Of a stretch of DNA of 64,000 nt, positions 1 to 9,336 are shown one piece after another. Each line of letters starts with the position of its first letter. Within the stretch, counting starts at the first letter, position 1. The translations under genes were made by a program, and so were the position numbers. Under the pieces are notes generated by a model, which made no database searches, was not told where the DNA came from, and saw nothing but the letters and a program-made list of their open reading frames with translations. Location: positions 96,001-160,000 of the forward strand of contig JBBQZX010000006.1 of assembly GCA_038207335.1 (NCBI GenBank). The letters are read 5' to 3'. This DNA comes from Chthoniobacterales bacterium (GTDB taxonomy: Bacteria > Verrucomicrobiota > Verrucomicrobiia > Chthoniobacterales > Chthoniobacteraceae).

Positions 1-425
1 TCGTTCCAATCCTGCGCGCGATATTGTTTCAGTTCCTTATATGGACCGGCGACGAGGTAGTCGCGGCACTGGAGCTGCGGCTTGCGGATGAAAATCCCGC
101 TGTCGGCATTCACCGCCGCGCGGAATTGCATCTTGAGCACGAAGTCTTTCGGAAACTCCTGCGTGGTCGAGAGCTGCCTCAGCCGCTGCCCGCCCTCATT
201 CACCGGATTCACGATGAGCACGCCGTCCTTCGCCGTGTAGCGGCCATCACTCGCCTCGGTCTTGCCATCGAGTTTGTCGTCCGCCGTGTATTGCCAGCCG
301 GTCAGGTCCTTTCCATTGAAAAGGCTCACGTATCCGGCTTCGGGAGTGAATTCATCGGCTCGCGCGGAGAGCGCAGGTGCGAGCGCGAGGAGGAGGGCAG
401 GGAGGAGCGAGTGGAGGAATTTCAT
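1..425 (-). CDS. Secreted DUF1080-family (3-keto-disaccharide hydrolase-like) protein, 3' end runs off the window
   Basis: Manual translation from ATG at 425: MKFLHSLLPALLLALAPALSARADEFTPEAGYVSLFNGKDLTGW...FRAAVNADSGIFIR...DWN. Signal peptide plus the typical SLFNGKDLTGW and xSGIFIR motifs. Not in the ORF track. Confidence 0.85.
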   Translation of the reverse strand, partial: MKFLHSLLPALLLALAPALSARADEFTPEAGYVSLFNGKDLTGWQYTADDKLDGKTEASDGRYTAKDGVLIVNPVNEGGQRLRQLSTTQEFPKDFVLKMQFRAAVNADSGIFIRKPQLQCRDYLVAGPYKELKQYRAQDWN

Positions 426-544
426 GCGACGGAGATTCCCCAAAGCGCGCCATTTTGAAAGCCGCAAAATGCAGACGCTCACGTCTCCCGCGCCTCGTTG
501 CGATTCTCCTCTGAAATCTCCTGTGGTTTTCAGTGAAAAAGAGA

Positions 545-572
545 TTGCCAAGCGAGAGTCGCCCGCTACTTT
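545..572 (+). promoter_or_regulatory. Putative sigma70 promoter of the rpmI operon
   Basis: TTGCCA-16 nt-TACTTT, 9 nt before the rpmI ATG. No Shine-Dalgarno, so the mRNA may be near-leaderless. Confidence 0.5.
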
Positions 573-581
573 CCCCGCCCC

Positions 582-791
582 ATGCCAAGATCGATCGCAC
601 GTCGCAAGACGAAAAAAGCCGCTGCAAAACGGTTCAAAGTTACCGGCACCGGCAAGATCATGCGCCGCAAAGCCGGCCTGCGCCACCTCGCCTCTTCAAA
701 GACTTCCAAGCAGAAACGCAAGCTCGGCAAGGACGGCGAAGTCCATGTAACCATGGTTCCTCGCATCCGCGAGTGCCTGCCGTTCGCGTAA
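582..791 (+). CDS. rpmI: 50S ribosomal protein L35
   Basis: KTKKAAAKRFKVTGTGKIMRRKAGLRH; lies upstream of rplT. Confidence 0.97.
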   Translation: MPRSIARRKTKKAAAKRFKVTGTGKIMRRKAGLRHLASSKTSKQKRKLGKDGEVHVTMVPRIRECLPFA

Positions 792-904
792 GCGAGCGAG
801 CCAGATCCGTCCGCCTGCCCGGCCTCTTTTGCCGGGCGATTTCGGCCCGCGAGACTGCGGATCTTTCACCCTAAAAACAGCGGGCCGACAGAAACCAAAA
901 CACC

Positions 905-1303
905 ATGCCAAGAGCCACAAACGCGCCCGCCAGCCGCGAGCGCAGAAAGAAAGTCGTCGATAAAGCCCGCGGATTCCGCGGTCGCCGTTCCAAGCTGTTC
1001 CGCTACGCGAAGAACGCCGTGATGAAGGCGGAATACTGGTCTTATCGCGATCGCAAAGTCCGCAAGCGCGAATTCCGCAAGCTCTGGCAGCAGCGCATCA
1101 ATGCCGCCGCGCGAGCGCACGGGCTGACCTACAGCCGCTTCATGGAAGGCGTCAAAGCCGCGGGCATCCTGCTTGATCGCAAGATTCTCGCCGACATGGC
1201 CGTCACCGACGAAGCCGCTTTCAAAGCCATCTTTGACCAGGCAAATACCGCGCTCGAAAACAAGCGCAAGGACGCACCCGAGGCGAAGCAGAAAGCCGCG
1301 TAA
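905..1303 (+). CDS. rplT: 50S ribosomal protein L20
   Basis: ARGFRGRRS...[24 protein letters not shown]...YSRFM...[10 protein letters not shown]; short basic C-terminal extension. Confidence 0.98.
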   Translation: MPRATNAPASRERRKKVVDKARGFRGRRSKLFRYAKNAVMKAEYWSYRDRKVRKREFRKLWQQRINAAARAHGLTYSRFMEGVKAAGILLDRKILADMAVTDEAAFKAIFDQANTALENKRKDAPEAKQKAA

Positions 1304-1326
1304 CCCACACCGCGCAGAACCTTTCC

Positions 1327-1370
1327 ACAGCCTCGAATGCGCCCCGCGTGTTCGAGGCTGTTTCGTTTCT
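1327..1370 (+). terminator. Stem-loop/terminator between rplT and pheS
   Basis: ACAGCCTCGAATGCGC-CCC-GCGTGTTCGAGGCTGT, a 16-bp stem, followed by TTCGTTTCT. Confidence 0.55.
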
Positions 1371-1391
1371 CGCCGACCCTTTCTTTCCAAA

Positions 1392-2405
1392 ATGGATCAA
1401 CAACTTGAACAACTCCGCGCGACGGCTGTCGTTGAGATAGCGGGCACTTCAGACGAGGCTTCGCTCGAAGCCGCGCGCATCAAATTCCTCGGCCAATCCG
1501 GCGCACTCACGGCGCTCAGCAAGGGGATGAAGGACATCTCGAAAGACGACAAGCCGCGCCTCGGAAAACTGCTGAACGAAGTCCGCGCCGCGGTCACCGC
1601 CGCGCTCGATGAACGCAAGGCTGCGCTGCTTGCGAATGCCGACGCGCAGGCGTTCTCCGGCGTCGATGTCACGCTGCCCGGCATCGCGCATCGCACCGGC
1701 ACTCTGCACCCGATCACGCAGCTTCAGGATCGCGCGATTCAGATTTTCCGACGGATGGGATTTGCCCTCGCCGACGGCCCGGACATCGAGACCGAGTGGC
1801 ATTGCTTCGACGCGCTGAATACGCCAGCCGACCATCCGGCGCGCAACGAGCAGGACACTTTCTACATGGCCGACGGACGCCTGCTGCGCACGCACACGAG
1901 CACCGTGCAGATTCGCACGATGGAAAAATCCGCGCCTCCGATCCGCATCATCGCGCCGGGAGCCGCGTATCGACGCGACGAAATCGACGCCACGCATCTC
2001 GCGCAGTTCACGCAGATGGAAGGGCTCTACGTCGATGAAGGCGTCAGCGTCGCCGACCTCAAAGGCACACTGGAATTCTTCTTCCGCGAGCTTTTCGGCA
2101 GCGATGCGAAGTTCCGTTTTCGCCCGCACTTTTTCCCGTTCACCGAGCCGAGCTACGAGGTCGATATCAAAGCTACCGCGCTCGGCAGCGCCGACCGCTG
2201 GCTCGAAATCGCCGGCTGCGGAATGGTCGATCCCGCCGTCTTTGAGTCGATCAACAAAGCGCGCGGTGACGCTGCTTTCGACCCAGAAAAATACACTGGC
2301 TTTGCCTTCGGCTTTGGCCTCGACCGCCTCGCGATGATCATGTCCGGCGTTCCTGACATCCGCTACTTCACCGACAACGACCAGCGTTTCCTCGGACGGT
2401 TTTGA
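1392..2405 (+). CDS. pheS: Phenylalanine--tRNA ligase alpha subunit
   Basis: HPARNEQDTFY, LLRTHTS, FRPHFFPFTEPS and GFAFGFGLDRLAM motifs; start taken at MDQQL. Confidence 0.98.
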   Translation: MDQQLEQLRATAVVEIAGTSDEASLEAARIKFLGQSGALTALSKGMKDISKDDKPRLGKLLNEVRAAVTAALDERKAALLANADAQAFSGVDVTLPGIAHRTGTLHPITQLQDRAIQIFRRMGFALADGPDIETEWHCFDALNTPADHPARNEQDTFYMADGRLLRTHTSTVQIRTMEKSAPPIRIIAPGAAYRRDEIDATHLAQFTQMEGLYVDEGVSVADLKGTLEFFFRELFGSDAKFRFRPHFFPFTEPSYEVDIKATALGSADRWLEIAGCGMVDPAVFESINKARGDAAFDPEKYTGFAFGFGLDRLAMIMSGVPDIRYFTDNDQRFLGRF

Positions 2406-2409
2406 TTTT

Positions 2410-4821
2410 ATGAAAATCTCACTCAACTGGCTCCGCGAACTCGTCGAGCTGCCGCCGACGACCAATGCCCTTGTCGATCTGCTCACGCTTGCGGGCGTCG
2501 AGGTCGAGGGCATCGAGACGCACGGCGTCGCCATCCCGAATGTCGTCGTCGCGCAGATTCGCGAAAGCGTGCAGCACCCGAATGCCGACCGGCTCAGCGT
2601 CTGCCAGGTCGATGACGGCTCGGGCGTCGCTCGGCAAATCGTGTGCGGTGCCAAAAACTACGTCGTCGGCGACAAGGTCCCGCTGGCGCTGCCCGGCGCG
2701 GTGCTCGGGCCGGATTTCAAAATCAAAGTCGGAAAGCTGCGCGGCGTCGAAAGCCAGGGAATGCTGTGCAGCGCGGACGAACTCGGATTGCCGAAAGGCG
2801 CGGACGGCTTGCTCATCCTCCCGCCCGATGCGACACCCGGCGCGCCTTTGTCTGAGCTGTTTCCCGGCGACACGATCCTCGATCTGGAAATCACTCCTAA
2901 TCGCCCGGACCTTCTCAGCGTCCATGGCATCGCACGCGAAATCGGCGCGCTCACTGGCAAACCATGGGGCGAAGATCACAGCGTCGATAAGATCGAGTCC
3001 GGCGTTCCTGTCAGCGTCTCGGTCGATGCCGCTGCGTGTCCGGTTTACACCGTGCGCCGCATCGCGGATGTCACCGTCGGGTCGAGCCCGGCTTGGCTGC
3101 GGCAAAAGCTCGAAGCCGTCGGGCTGCGCTCCATCAACAACATCGTGGACGTCACCAATTTCGTGATGCTCGAGCTGGGCCAGCCGCTCCACGCCTTCGA
3201 CGCCGACAAGCTCAGCGGCGACATCCGCGTCCGCACCGCCAGCGCGGGGGAGGAATTCGCATCTCTCGATGGGCGCACGTACCGGCTCGCCGCGGAGCAA
3301 GTCGTCATCGCCGATGGCAGCCGCGCGCTCGCGCTCGGTGGCGTCATGGGCGGCGCTGAAAGCGGTGTCACCGACGCCACGAAAACCATCCTGCTCGAGA
3401 GCGCCATTTTCGATCCCGCCACCATCCGCCGCACCTCGCGCGGCCTCGGCCTTGCGAGCGATTCCAGCTACCGCTTCGAGCGCGGAGTCGATCGCGCGGG
3501 CGTCTCTGGAGCATCCCAGCGTGCCGCCGCGCTCATCGTCGAGCTCGCGGGCGGCACCGCCGGCTCGCTATCTGCCGGATTCTCTCGCGAGACGCCCTTC
3601 GGCGCACAACTCACCTCCGCCGTCGTGGACATGGGCGGCGCGGTCCTCAGCCACGAAGTCGCGCTCCGCCACTCACGCGTCGAGCGCCTCCTCGGAGTCG
3701 ATGTGCCCCCCGCGCGTATCGACACCATCCTCACCGGCTTCGGCTTGCAAAAAGCCGACGGCGACCGCTGGCACATCCCATCATGGCGGCAGGATCTCAC
3801 CCGTGAGATCGATCTCATCGAGGAGATCGCTCGCGTTGTGGGCATGGACATCATCCCCGCCAAGACCCACGCTCGCTTCGCTCCCGCCAGCGCCACCGAC
3901 CGCGCCTACGACCGCGCCATGGACCTGCGCCGCGCCCTCGTCGCTCACGGCCTCCACGAGGCGCGCAGCCTCACCCTCGTCTCCGCCGAGCCGCGCGGCG
4001 CAGCCTTCACTCAGACCGCGCCGGGCACTCTGCAGCGCGTCAAAAACCCGATGATCGACGACCAGGTCGTCCTCCGCCCCAACCTCCTCCACGGCCTCCT
4101 CGAAGCCGTCTCCCGCAACATCCGGGCCGGCGCGAAAACCATCCGCCTCTTCGAAATCGGCCGCACATTCTCCACCCTCGCCCCCGAGGAATTCGCCCAC
4201 GCCGCCCTCGTCCTCAGCGGCCCCGCCCGCGCCCGCACATGGCGCGGCGCCGAGAGCCCAGACGCCGACCTCTACGCCCTCAAAGGCATCGTCGCTGCGG
4301 TCATCGGCCACGGCGTCACCTTCGAGCCCGAGGAAAATCCCGCCCTCGCGCTCTCCCTCGCCATCAAAGTCAACGGCCAGCCCTTCGGCCTCGCCGGCCA
4401 GCTCTGGCCCGCCGACTCCCGCGCCCTCGATGGCACCGCGCCCGTCCTCTTCGCCGAGCTCGACCTCGCCGCCCTCCAGCACGCGCGCACCGCCATCGCC
4501 GGGCAGGGCAGGTACCGCGAGATCCCGCGCTTCCCAGCCACCTCGCGGGACATTGCACTCCTCGCCCCGCGCGACCTCGCACACGCCTCCGTCGAACGCG
4601 TCCTCCGCACCGCCGAGCAGTCCCTCCTAGCCCACATCGAGCTCTTCGACCTCTTCACCGACCCCACCGGCGAAAAGCTCCCCGCCGACAAAAAATCCCT
4701 CGCCTACTCGTTGACATACCGCGCGCAGGATCGGACACTCACAGCTGACGAAGTGAACGCCGCCCACGGGCAGCTCCGAGAGCGATTAAAAGCCCAGCTC
4801 GGCGTCACCTTCCGCGAGTAG
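2410..4821 (+). CDS. pheT: Phenylalanine--tRNA ligase beta subunit
   Basis: MKISLNWLRE, HPNADRL, IVCGAKN, TPNRPD, SSYRFERGVD and a C-terminal FDX-ACB domain. Confidence 0.98.
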   Translation: MKISLNWLRELVELPPTTNALVDLLTLAGVEVEGIETHGVAIPNVVVAQIRESVQHPNADRLSVCQVDDGSGVARQIVCGAKNYVVGDKVPLALPGAVLGPDFKIKVGKLRGVESQGMLCSADELGLPKGADGLLILPPDATPGAPLSELFPGDTILDLEITPNRPDLLSVHGIAREIGALTGKPWGEDHSVDKIESGVPVSVSVDAAACPVYTVRRIADVTVGSSPAWLRQKLEAVGLRSINNIVDVTNFVMLELGQPLHAFDADKLSGDIRVRTASAGEEFASLDGRTYRLAAEQVVIADGSRALALGGVMGGAESGVTDATKTILLESAIFDPATIRRTSRGLGLASDSSYRFERGVDRAGVSGASQRAAALIVELAGGTAGSLSAGFSRETPFGAQLTSAVVDMGGAVLSHEVALRHSRVERLLGVDVPPARIDTILTGFGLQKADGDRWHIPSWRQDLTREIDLIEEIARVVGMDIIPAKTHARFAPASATDRAYDRAMDLRRALVAHGLHEARSLTLVSAEPRGAAFTQTAPGTLQRVKNPMIDDQVVLRPNLLHGLLEAVSRNIRAGAKTIRLFEIGRTFSTLAPEEFAHAALVLSGPARARTWRGAESPDADLYALKGIVAAVIGHGVTFEPEENPALALSLAIKVNGQPFGLAGQLWPADSRALDGTAPVLFAELDLAALQHARTAIAGQGRYREIPRFPATSRDIALLAPRDLAHASVERVLRTAEQSLLAHIELFDLFTDPTGEKLPADKKSLAYSLTYRAQDRTLTADEVNAAHGQLRERLKAQLGVTFRE

Positions 4822-4878
4822 TTCTTTTCCAGAAAAGCCGAGCGAAGGGAGAAAATCCCGCCCCTCTGCTTCAACCAA

Positions 4879-5061
4879 TTTGCCCTGCGTTGTGCGACCA
4901 ATCGGCGGAAATCCCGATCCGGTATTTAACACAACTCAGGAGGCCGGGGTGGGCGGTCAATGTCATGCCTTCGTTGGAAGACAAGCACCCGTCTCAGGTC
5001 ATCCGCCCGTTACCCTTAGGGGGAACGTGGAACTCCGTCGCGACGGCAATCGCGGGGCAAT
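4879..5061 (+). ncRNA. ssrS: 6S RNA (ssrS)-like RNA
   Basis: About 183-nt rod. TTGCCCTGCG (4880-4889) pairs with CGCGGGGCAA (5051-5060). Central A-rich bubble (GGTATTTAACACAAC) and apical stem GGGCGG/CCGCCC (4951-4956/5003-5008). The segments CCCTGCGTTGTGCG and CCCGATCCGGTATTT resemble the conserved 5' blocks of 6S RNA. Confidence 0.78.
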
Positions 5062-5115
5062 ATAAGGCGTCTCGGGCACGGCTGCTGATTGCCAGCCCGG
5101 GGCGCCTTATTTTTT
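5062..5115 (+). terminator. Rho-independent terminator after the 6S-like RNA
   Basis: ATAAGGCGTCTCGGGC...GCCCGGGGCGCCTTAT, 16 bp with two G-U pairs that form only on the + strand, followed by a T run. Confidence 0.7.
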
Positions 5116-5390
5116 GGAAAAGTCCAACTTCGCCTGCTCGGGAGGCGGTGAGGGGAACGCTCCAGTCCAAGCGAGTGCGGTTCACCCGCTACACTGACAG
5201 CACAACAGTGTCGTCTCGCATCGAGCAAATATCTTGCGAATAGGCACTTGGAATAATTATTACGCTAATAAGATATTCTTGTAGACGTGATGCTTGCGGA
5301 AATGATTTAAGCCATTGTCAGCGAGCCTGGCTTACTTTTTGCCCTCGGCTTCGTTGCTTGGCACAACTCTCCACAGCGCCCGGGGGGACG

Positions 5391-5462
5391 TGCGACGTGA
5401 GGGGATCGAACCCCCGACCCATTCCGTGTAAAGGAATCGCTCTACCGCTGAGCTAACGTCGC
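5391..5462 (-). tRNA. tRNA-Val(TAC), CCA not encoded
   Basis: GCGACGTTAGCTCAGCGGTAGAGCGATTCCTTTACACGGAATGGGTCGGGGGTTCGATCCCCTCACGTCGCA folds as a full cloverleaf; anticodon loop TTTACAC. Confidence 0.97.
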
Positions 5463-5515
5463 GGACGGGGGAAGGTGCCGGGATGCAAGGGATTTTGCAA
5501 GGTGCTTTGAGAGGG

Positions 5516-6565
5516 TCACGAGGCGCGGAGGGCCCAGCGGAGTTTGGCACTGCTGGAGCGGGGGTTTTCGTGGAGTTCGGCGGGCGTAGGTCGGGTGACG
5601 TCTTCGGCGATAGCGGCGTAGTGGCCGGTGCGGTGGCCGGCTTTGAATGCGTGTTTGACGCGGCGGTCTTCGCCGGAGTGGAAGGTGAGGATGGCGGCGC
5701 GCCCGCCGGGGGCGAGGCAGGCGGGGAGGTGGCGGAGGAAGGTTTCGAGGGCGCCGAATTCGTCGTTGACGGCGATGCGGAGGGCTTGGAAGACGCGGCG
5801 AATGGTATCGTCGGGGCTCACGCCGGTGCTGGTACAGGTGAGGCGGATGATTTTCGCGAGGCCAGTGGTGGTGGCGATGGGTGCGCGCTCGCGGGCGACG
5901 ATGAGGGCGCGGGCGATGTGGGGGGCGCGGGGCTCGTCGGCGTTTTCGGTGAGCAGCGCGACGAGGTCAGGCTCGGGGATGTTGTCGAGGAGGGCGCTCG
6001 CGGACTGGGCGCGGGCGGGGTTCATGCGGAGGTCGAGGGGGCCTTCGCGCTTGAAGGTGAAGCCGCGGGCGGGGTCGTCGATCTGCATGGATGAGACGCC
6101 AAGGTCGGCGAGGAGGAGGTCAGCACCGCGCGGGGCCTCGGCGGCGAGGAACTGCGGGAGGCCGGCGAAATTCATGCGGCGGATGAGGAGGGTGTCGCCG
6201 CGGAGGGGGAGGGCGCGGAGGCGGGCCTCGGTTTTGGGGAGTTCGATGGGGTCGGTATCGATGGCGATGAGGCGGCCGCCGGGCTGGACTGCGCGCCAGA
6301 GCTCGCGAGCGTGGCCGCCGTAGCCGAGGGTGCAATCGACGGCGGTGTCGCCGGGGCGCGGGGCGAGGGCGTAGAGGATTTCGCGGACCATGATGGGCCG
6401 GTGGGTGCCGGCGGGGGTCTTACCGCTGGCGAGGATTTTCTCGACGTCGGCGGCGTAGCGCTCGGGCTGCTGTTCTTTGTATTTGTCGGCGAAGGTGCGC
6501 GGGTGGGTGCCGCGGTAGCGCGTGCGGCGCGGGGGGCGGCTTTCGCCCGGTGGGTCGTCGCTCAC
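5516..6565 (-). CDS. rsmH: 16S rRNA m4C1402 methyltransferase RsmH/MraW-family protein with N-terminal extension
   Basis: HRPIM, DCTLGYGGHA, LADLGVSSMQID, GPLDLRMN, FQALRIAVNDE, FHSGEDRRVK and NPRSSSAKLR motifs. Confidence 0.9.
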   Translation of the reverse strand: MSDDPPGESRPPRRTRYRGTHPRTFADKYKEQQPERYAADVEKILASGKTPAGTHRPIMVREILYALAPRPGDTAVDCTLGYGGHARELWRAVQPGGRLIAIDTDPIELPKTEARLRALPLRGDTLLIRRMNFAGLPQFLAAEAPRGADLLLADLGVSSMQIDDPARGFTFKREGPLDLRMNPARAQSASALLDNIPEPDLVALLTENADEPRAPHIARALIVARERAPIATTTGLAKIIRLTCTSTGVSPDDTIRRVFQALRIAVNDEFGALETFLRHLPACLAPGGRAAILTFHSGEDRRVKHAFKAGHRTGHYAAIAEDVTRPTPAELHENPRSSSAKLRWALRAS

Positions 6566-6650
6566 GGTTTCGCGATTTTACGGCAACCGCTTCGATTCCG
6601 GGCAGGCGAAGCTTTCGCCATGCGAATGATTCCGTCGCTGGCTTCGTTCC

Positions 6651-7637
6651 TCACGGGTTGGCTTTCGTCGCTTCCAACTCGAGGTGTGTTTCCTCGAGTT
6701 CCGCGGCGTGTTTTGCCGCTAACTCGCGGATCCTCTTTTCACTTTCGTCGGCTTTCGCTTTTGCTTCGTCAATCGGGAGGCCTTTCGCGATGCCGGGGCG
6801 AAGATGGCCGGTATCGGTGAGCCACGCGTCGCCGAGGATGCGTCCGCGTTGGTGGATCAGCTCGAAAAACTCTTTCTGTCGCTCGCCCTTGGGTACCTCG
6901 AAGCCATACGCCCTAAGAGGAAGGTCATACGAAGGTGCGATCGAATCGATGAGAGCTCTCGCGATGACGCGATGTCCGGTGGGACTGGGATGGACGCCGT
7001 CTTTTGAAAAATAAAACCCGGGGTCGGCGGCGCGATGGCGGGCGAGTTCTGCGTTCATGGGGCCGTGGATGTCGATGACGCGCCAGCCATTCGCGCGCTG
7101 TTCGAGCAGCCAGGCGGAGTAGCGATCGAGGACGTCGTTGTAGTTGAATTTTCCCTCCGCCGGATGGGGCCCTAGGTCGAAGGTCGGCGGCGTCAGATGG
7201 ATGATTTGTGCGCCCGCCGCGGCGACTTTTTCGTGGAGCCGTGTCATGCCCTCGCGGAATTTGGCGAAGCGGGTTTCGTCGAGGGGGAGGTAGATGCCGT
7301 CGTTCATGCCGTAGCAGGCGAACACGAGGTCGGGCTTGGTCTTGGCGAGGATGCGGTCGATGCGCTCGGCGAGGTCGGGGCGCGGGAATTTGCCGCCGGC
7401 GTGACCTTGCTCGGAAAGGCCGGAGACGGTCTCGCTGGCGAGGCCGAGATTCATGACGTCGATGTGGCGCTTGGGGAATTTGGTGAAGAGGAAGGCCTCG
7501 AAGTCGTCCACGTACTGGCCGCTCTGGGTGATGCTGTCGCCGAGGAAGAGGATGCGCTGGATGCCGGGGAGGAAGTCATCGGCGCCGGCGGCGAGCGCGG
7601 TGAGGAGGCAGGCGGCGAGGAGGAAAAAGGTGCGCAT
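6651..7637 (-). CDS. Secreted SGNH/GDSL hydrolase
   Basis: Signal peptide; FLGDSIT, YGMND and DGVHP blocks. Confidence 0.88.
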   Translation of the reverse strand: MRTFFLLAACLLTALAAGADDFLPGIQRILFLGDSITQSGQYVDDFEAFLFTKFPKRHIDVMNLGLASETVSGLSEQGHAGGKFPRPDLAERIDRILAKTKPDLVFACYGMNDGIYLPLDETRFAKFREGMTRLHEKVAAAGAQIIHLTPPTFDLGPHPAEGKFNYNDVLDRYSAWLLEQRANGWRVIDIHGPMNAELARHRAADPGFYFSKDGVHPSPTGHRVIARALIDSIAPSYDLPLRAYGFEVPKGERQKEFFELIHQRGRILGDAWLTDTGHLRPGIAKGLPIDEAKAKADESEKRIRELAAKHAAELEETHLELEATKANP

Positions 7638-7667
7638 GGGAGTGAGTGGATGAGTCGGTGAGGGGTA

Positions 7668-9233
7668 TTAGTATTTGCGATGAAAGACGGTGACGTCGTC
7701 GGGCGCGGTGTCGATGGGGACGAGGTCGAAGTTTTGCTCGAGGTGCTGGAAGAGCAGGGGATTCGTGTGGCGGAAGCGGAGGTCTTCGCGTCCGTCTAGC
7801 TTTACGTCCTGGATCATGACCCATGCGACATTGTGCGCGGCCATGTCGGCGAGTTCCTCGGCCTCCTGCTCGGGCGTGGCGGGGTAGATGAGGTAGATGG
7901 GTTTAATCGGCGAGAGGGTGTCGGTGGCGGCGTAGAGGCCGGGGAAGTAGGGGGCGAAGAGGACGCCTTCGCCGGGACGCGCGAGGGCGTGCGTGATGTG
8001 CTGTGCGGTGTCGAGGATGGCGGCTTCTTTCGGTGAAAGGCGCATCGCTTTTCCGCCGAGCTCGCGCTCGATGTAGGAGCTCGCGGGGCGCATCGCGAGC
8101 GAGTAAAAGCCGGAGTAATAGATGGTCGGCGGCAGGCTGAGGCCGAGTAGTGCGAGGGTGGCAAATGTGGGGGCGAAGCAGCGAATGCGCGGTCCGAGGG
8201 TATGTGCGAGCGCCGCGGTGCCGAGGATCATCGCGGGGACGCTGTGGGTGAGGTGCCAGGCGTCGGGCCGCGAGAAGGCATAGTGCGTGTAGGTCAATGC
8301 CACACAGCTTCCCGCGGCGAAGGCGGGCTCGCTGATCGAGATTTTTCTCCCAGCGAATAGGAAGCGAAGGAGCGCGACCGCAATGAAGACGAGGAGCACG
8401 ACGAAGAGCCAGCCCTCGGCGACGGCGTCCCAACGCGCGTGGCCATAGAGCCACTCGGAGACCTCCCAAGGCCACGGGACGGGCATGGCGAGGTTTGTGC
8501 CGAATTTCACGTCGATGCGGAGCTGCTCGGCGTAGGCCGCGAAGTATCCGGGGACGAAGATGGCGATGGCGATTTGCGGGAGGTATCCGAGGGCGATGCC
8601 GCCGGCCCACGCGCCGGTGCGCTGGAGGAATGCGAGGACGCCGCCGCGCACGATGAGGAGGATGATGAGCGCGAATGCGACGGCGAGATAGAGGCCGTGG
8701 TTTCGCCCCATGAACGCCATGAAGCCGATGAACAGCCCGCTGATGAAATGCTGCCGGATGGTGGGCCTTTCGATGTGCCGCACGCCGACGTAGATGGCGA
8801 TGAGGGAGATGGATTGCTCGAAGATTTTGTAACGCGGAAACATCCACAGCGAGAGGGTGATCGCGAGGGGCAGGAGGAAATACCAGCGCCGCGAAATGCG
8901 GCACGCCGCGAGCAAACCAAGCGTGAGCCCGATCCACGAAAAGATGACGCAGGCGAGGCGGAGCGCGAGGAGGCTATCGCCGAAGATCAAGCTCCAGAGA
9001 GCACTCCAGACGTATCGCCCGGGATCGTAGGCCTGGAAATCGCGGATTGGAACAAAGCCGACTTTGAGGGCTTTCATGCCGTACCAGAGGAATCCCTCGT
9101 CGGCGAAATCGATGTCGGTGCCGAGGCTTCCGTCGATGGCGAAGACGCCGAAAAGCAGCGCGGCGGCGAGCAGGCAGAGCGCGATGCCGAGGCCGTGCTG
9201 GCGCAGATTTTCGCGAAATGGGGAGCGAGTCAT
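7668..9233 (-). CDS. Polytopic membrane protein, probable GT-C-fold glycosyltransferase
   Basis: About 520 aa with many TM segments. DEG motif after TM1 followed by G-x-x-P-x-R-D-F, and a soluble C-terminal domain. Divergent from a GT2 gene. Start taken at MTRSPFRE. Confidence 0.65.
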   Translation of the reverse strand: MTRSPFRENLRQHGLGIALCLLAAALLFGVFAIDGSLGTDIDFADEGFLWYGMKALKVGFVPIRDFQAYDPGRYVWSALWSLIFGDSLLALRLACVIFSWIGLTLGLLAACRISRRWYFLLPLAITLSLWMFPRYKIFEQSISLIAIYVGVRHIERPTIRQHFISGLFIGFMAFMGRNHGLYLAVAFALIILLIVRGGVLAFLQRTGAWAGGIALGYLPQIAIAIFVPGYFAAYAEQLRIDVKFGTNLAMPVPWPWEVSEWLYGHARWDAVAEGWLFVVLLVFIAVALLRFLFAGRKISISEPAFAAGSCVALTYTHYAFSRPDAWHLTHSVPAMILGTAALAHTLGPRIRCFAPTFATLALLGLSLPPTIYYSGFYSLAMRPASSYIERELGGKAMRLSPKEAAILDTAQHITHALARPGEGVLFAPYFPGLYAATDTLSPIKPIYLIYPATPEQEAEELADMAAHNVAWVMIQDVKLDGREDLRFRHTNPLLFQHLEQNFDLVPIDTAPDDVTVFHRKY

Positions 9234-9336
9234 TCGGCGCGGAGTGTGCGGAAAAGCGGGACGCGGGCAAGGCGCGGGAACTTTGGATTGCGTTGACGCT
9301 CCATGCTCGCGCGATAGCGTCGGCGGCTTTCGCGCC

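Noticed and set aside
494..556. Hairpin upstream of rpmI as an L20 leader
   Set aside because: It lies upstream of and overlaps the predicted -35 element, so it is unlikely to be in the mRNA.
1304..1391. T-box or pheM-type attenuator before pheS
   Set aside because: Too short, with no T-box consensus and no Phe-rich leader peptide; only a single hairpin.
4880..5243. Short ORFs (61-117 aa) after pheT
   Set aside because: No protein-like features; they overlap the 6S-like RNA and its terminator.
5117..5335. RNase P RNA-like words (GGAAAAGTCC ... CTGGCTTA)
   Set aside because: The two segments cannot form the P4 helix and the span is too short.
4822..5462. Integrative element at tRNA-Val
   Set aside because: No integrase and no duplicated tRNA 3' end (att site) seen in the window.
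3800..8900. Abrupt C-rich to G-rich strand skew switch near 5400
   Set aside because: Explained by C-ending codon preference and the change in gene orientation; not evidence of an origin or terminus.
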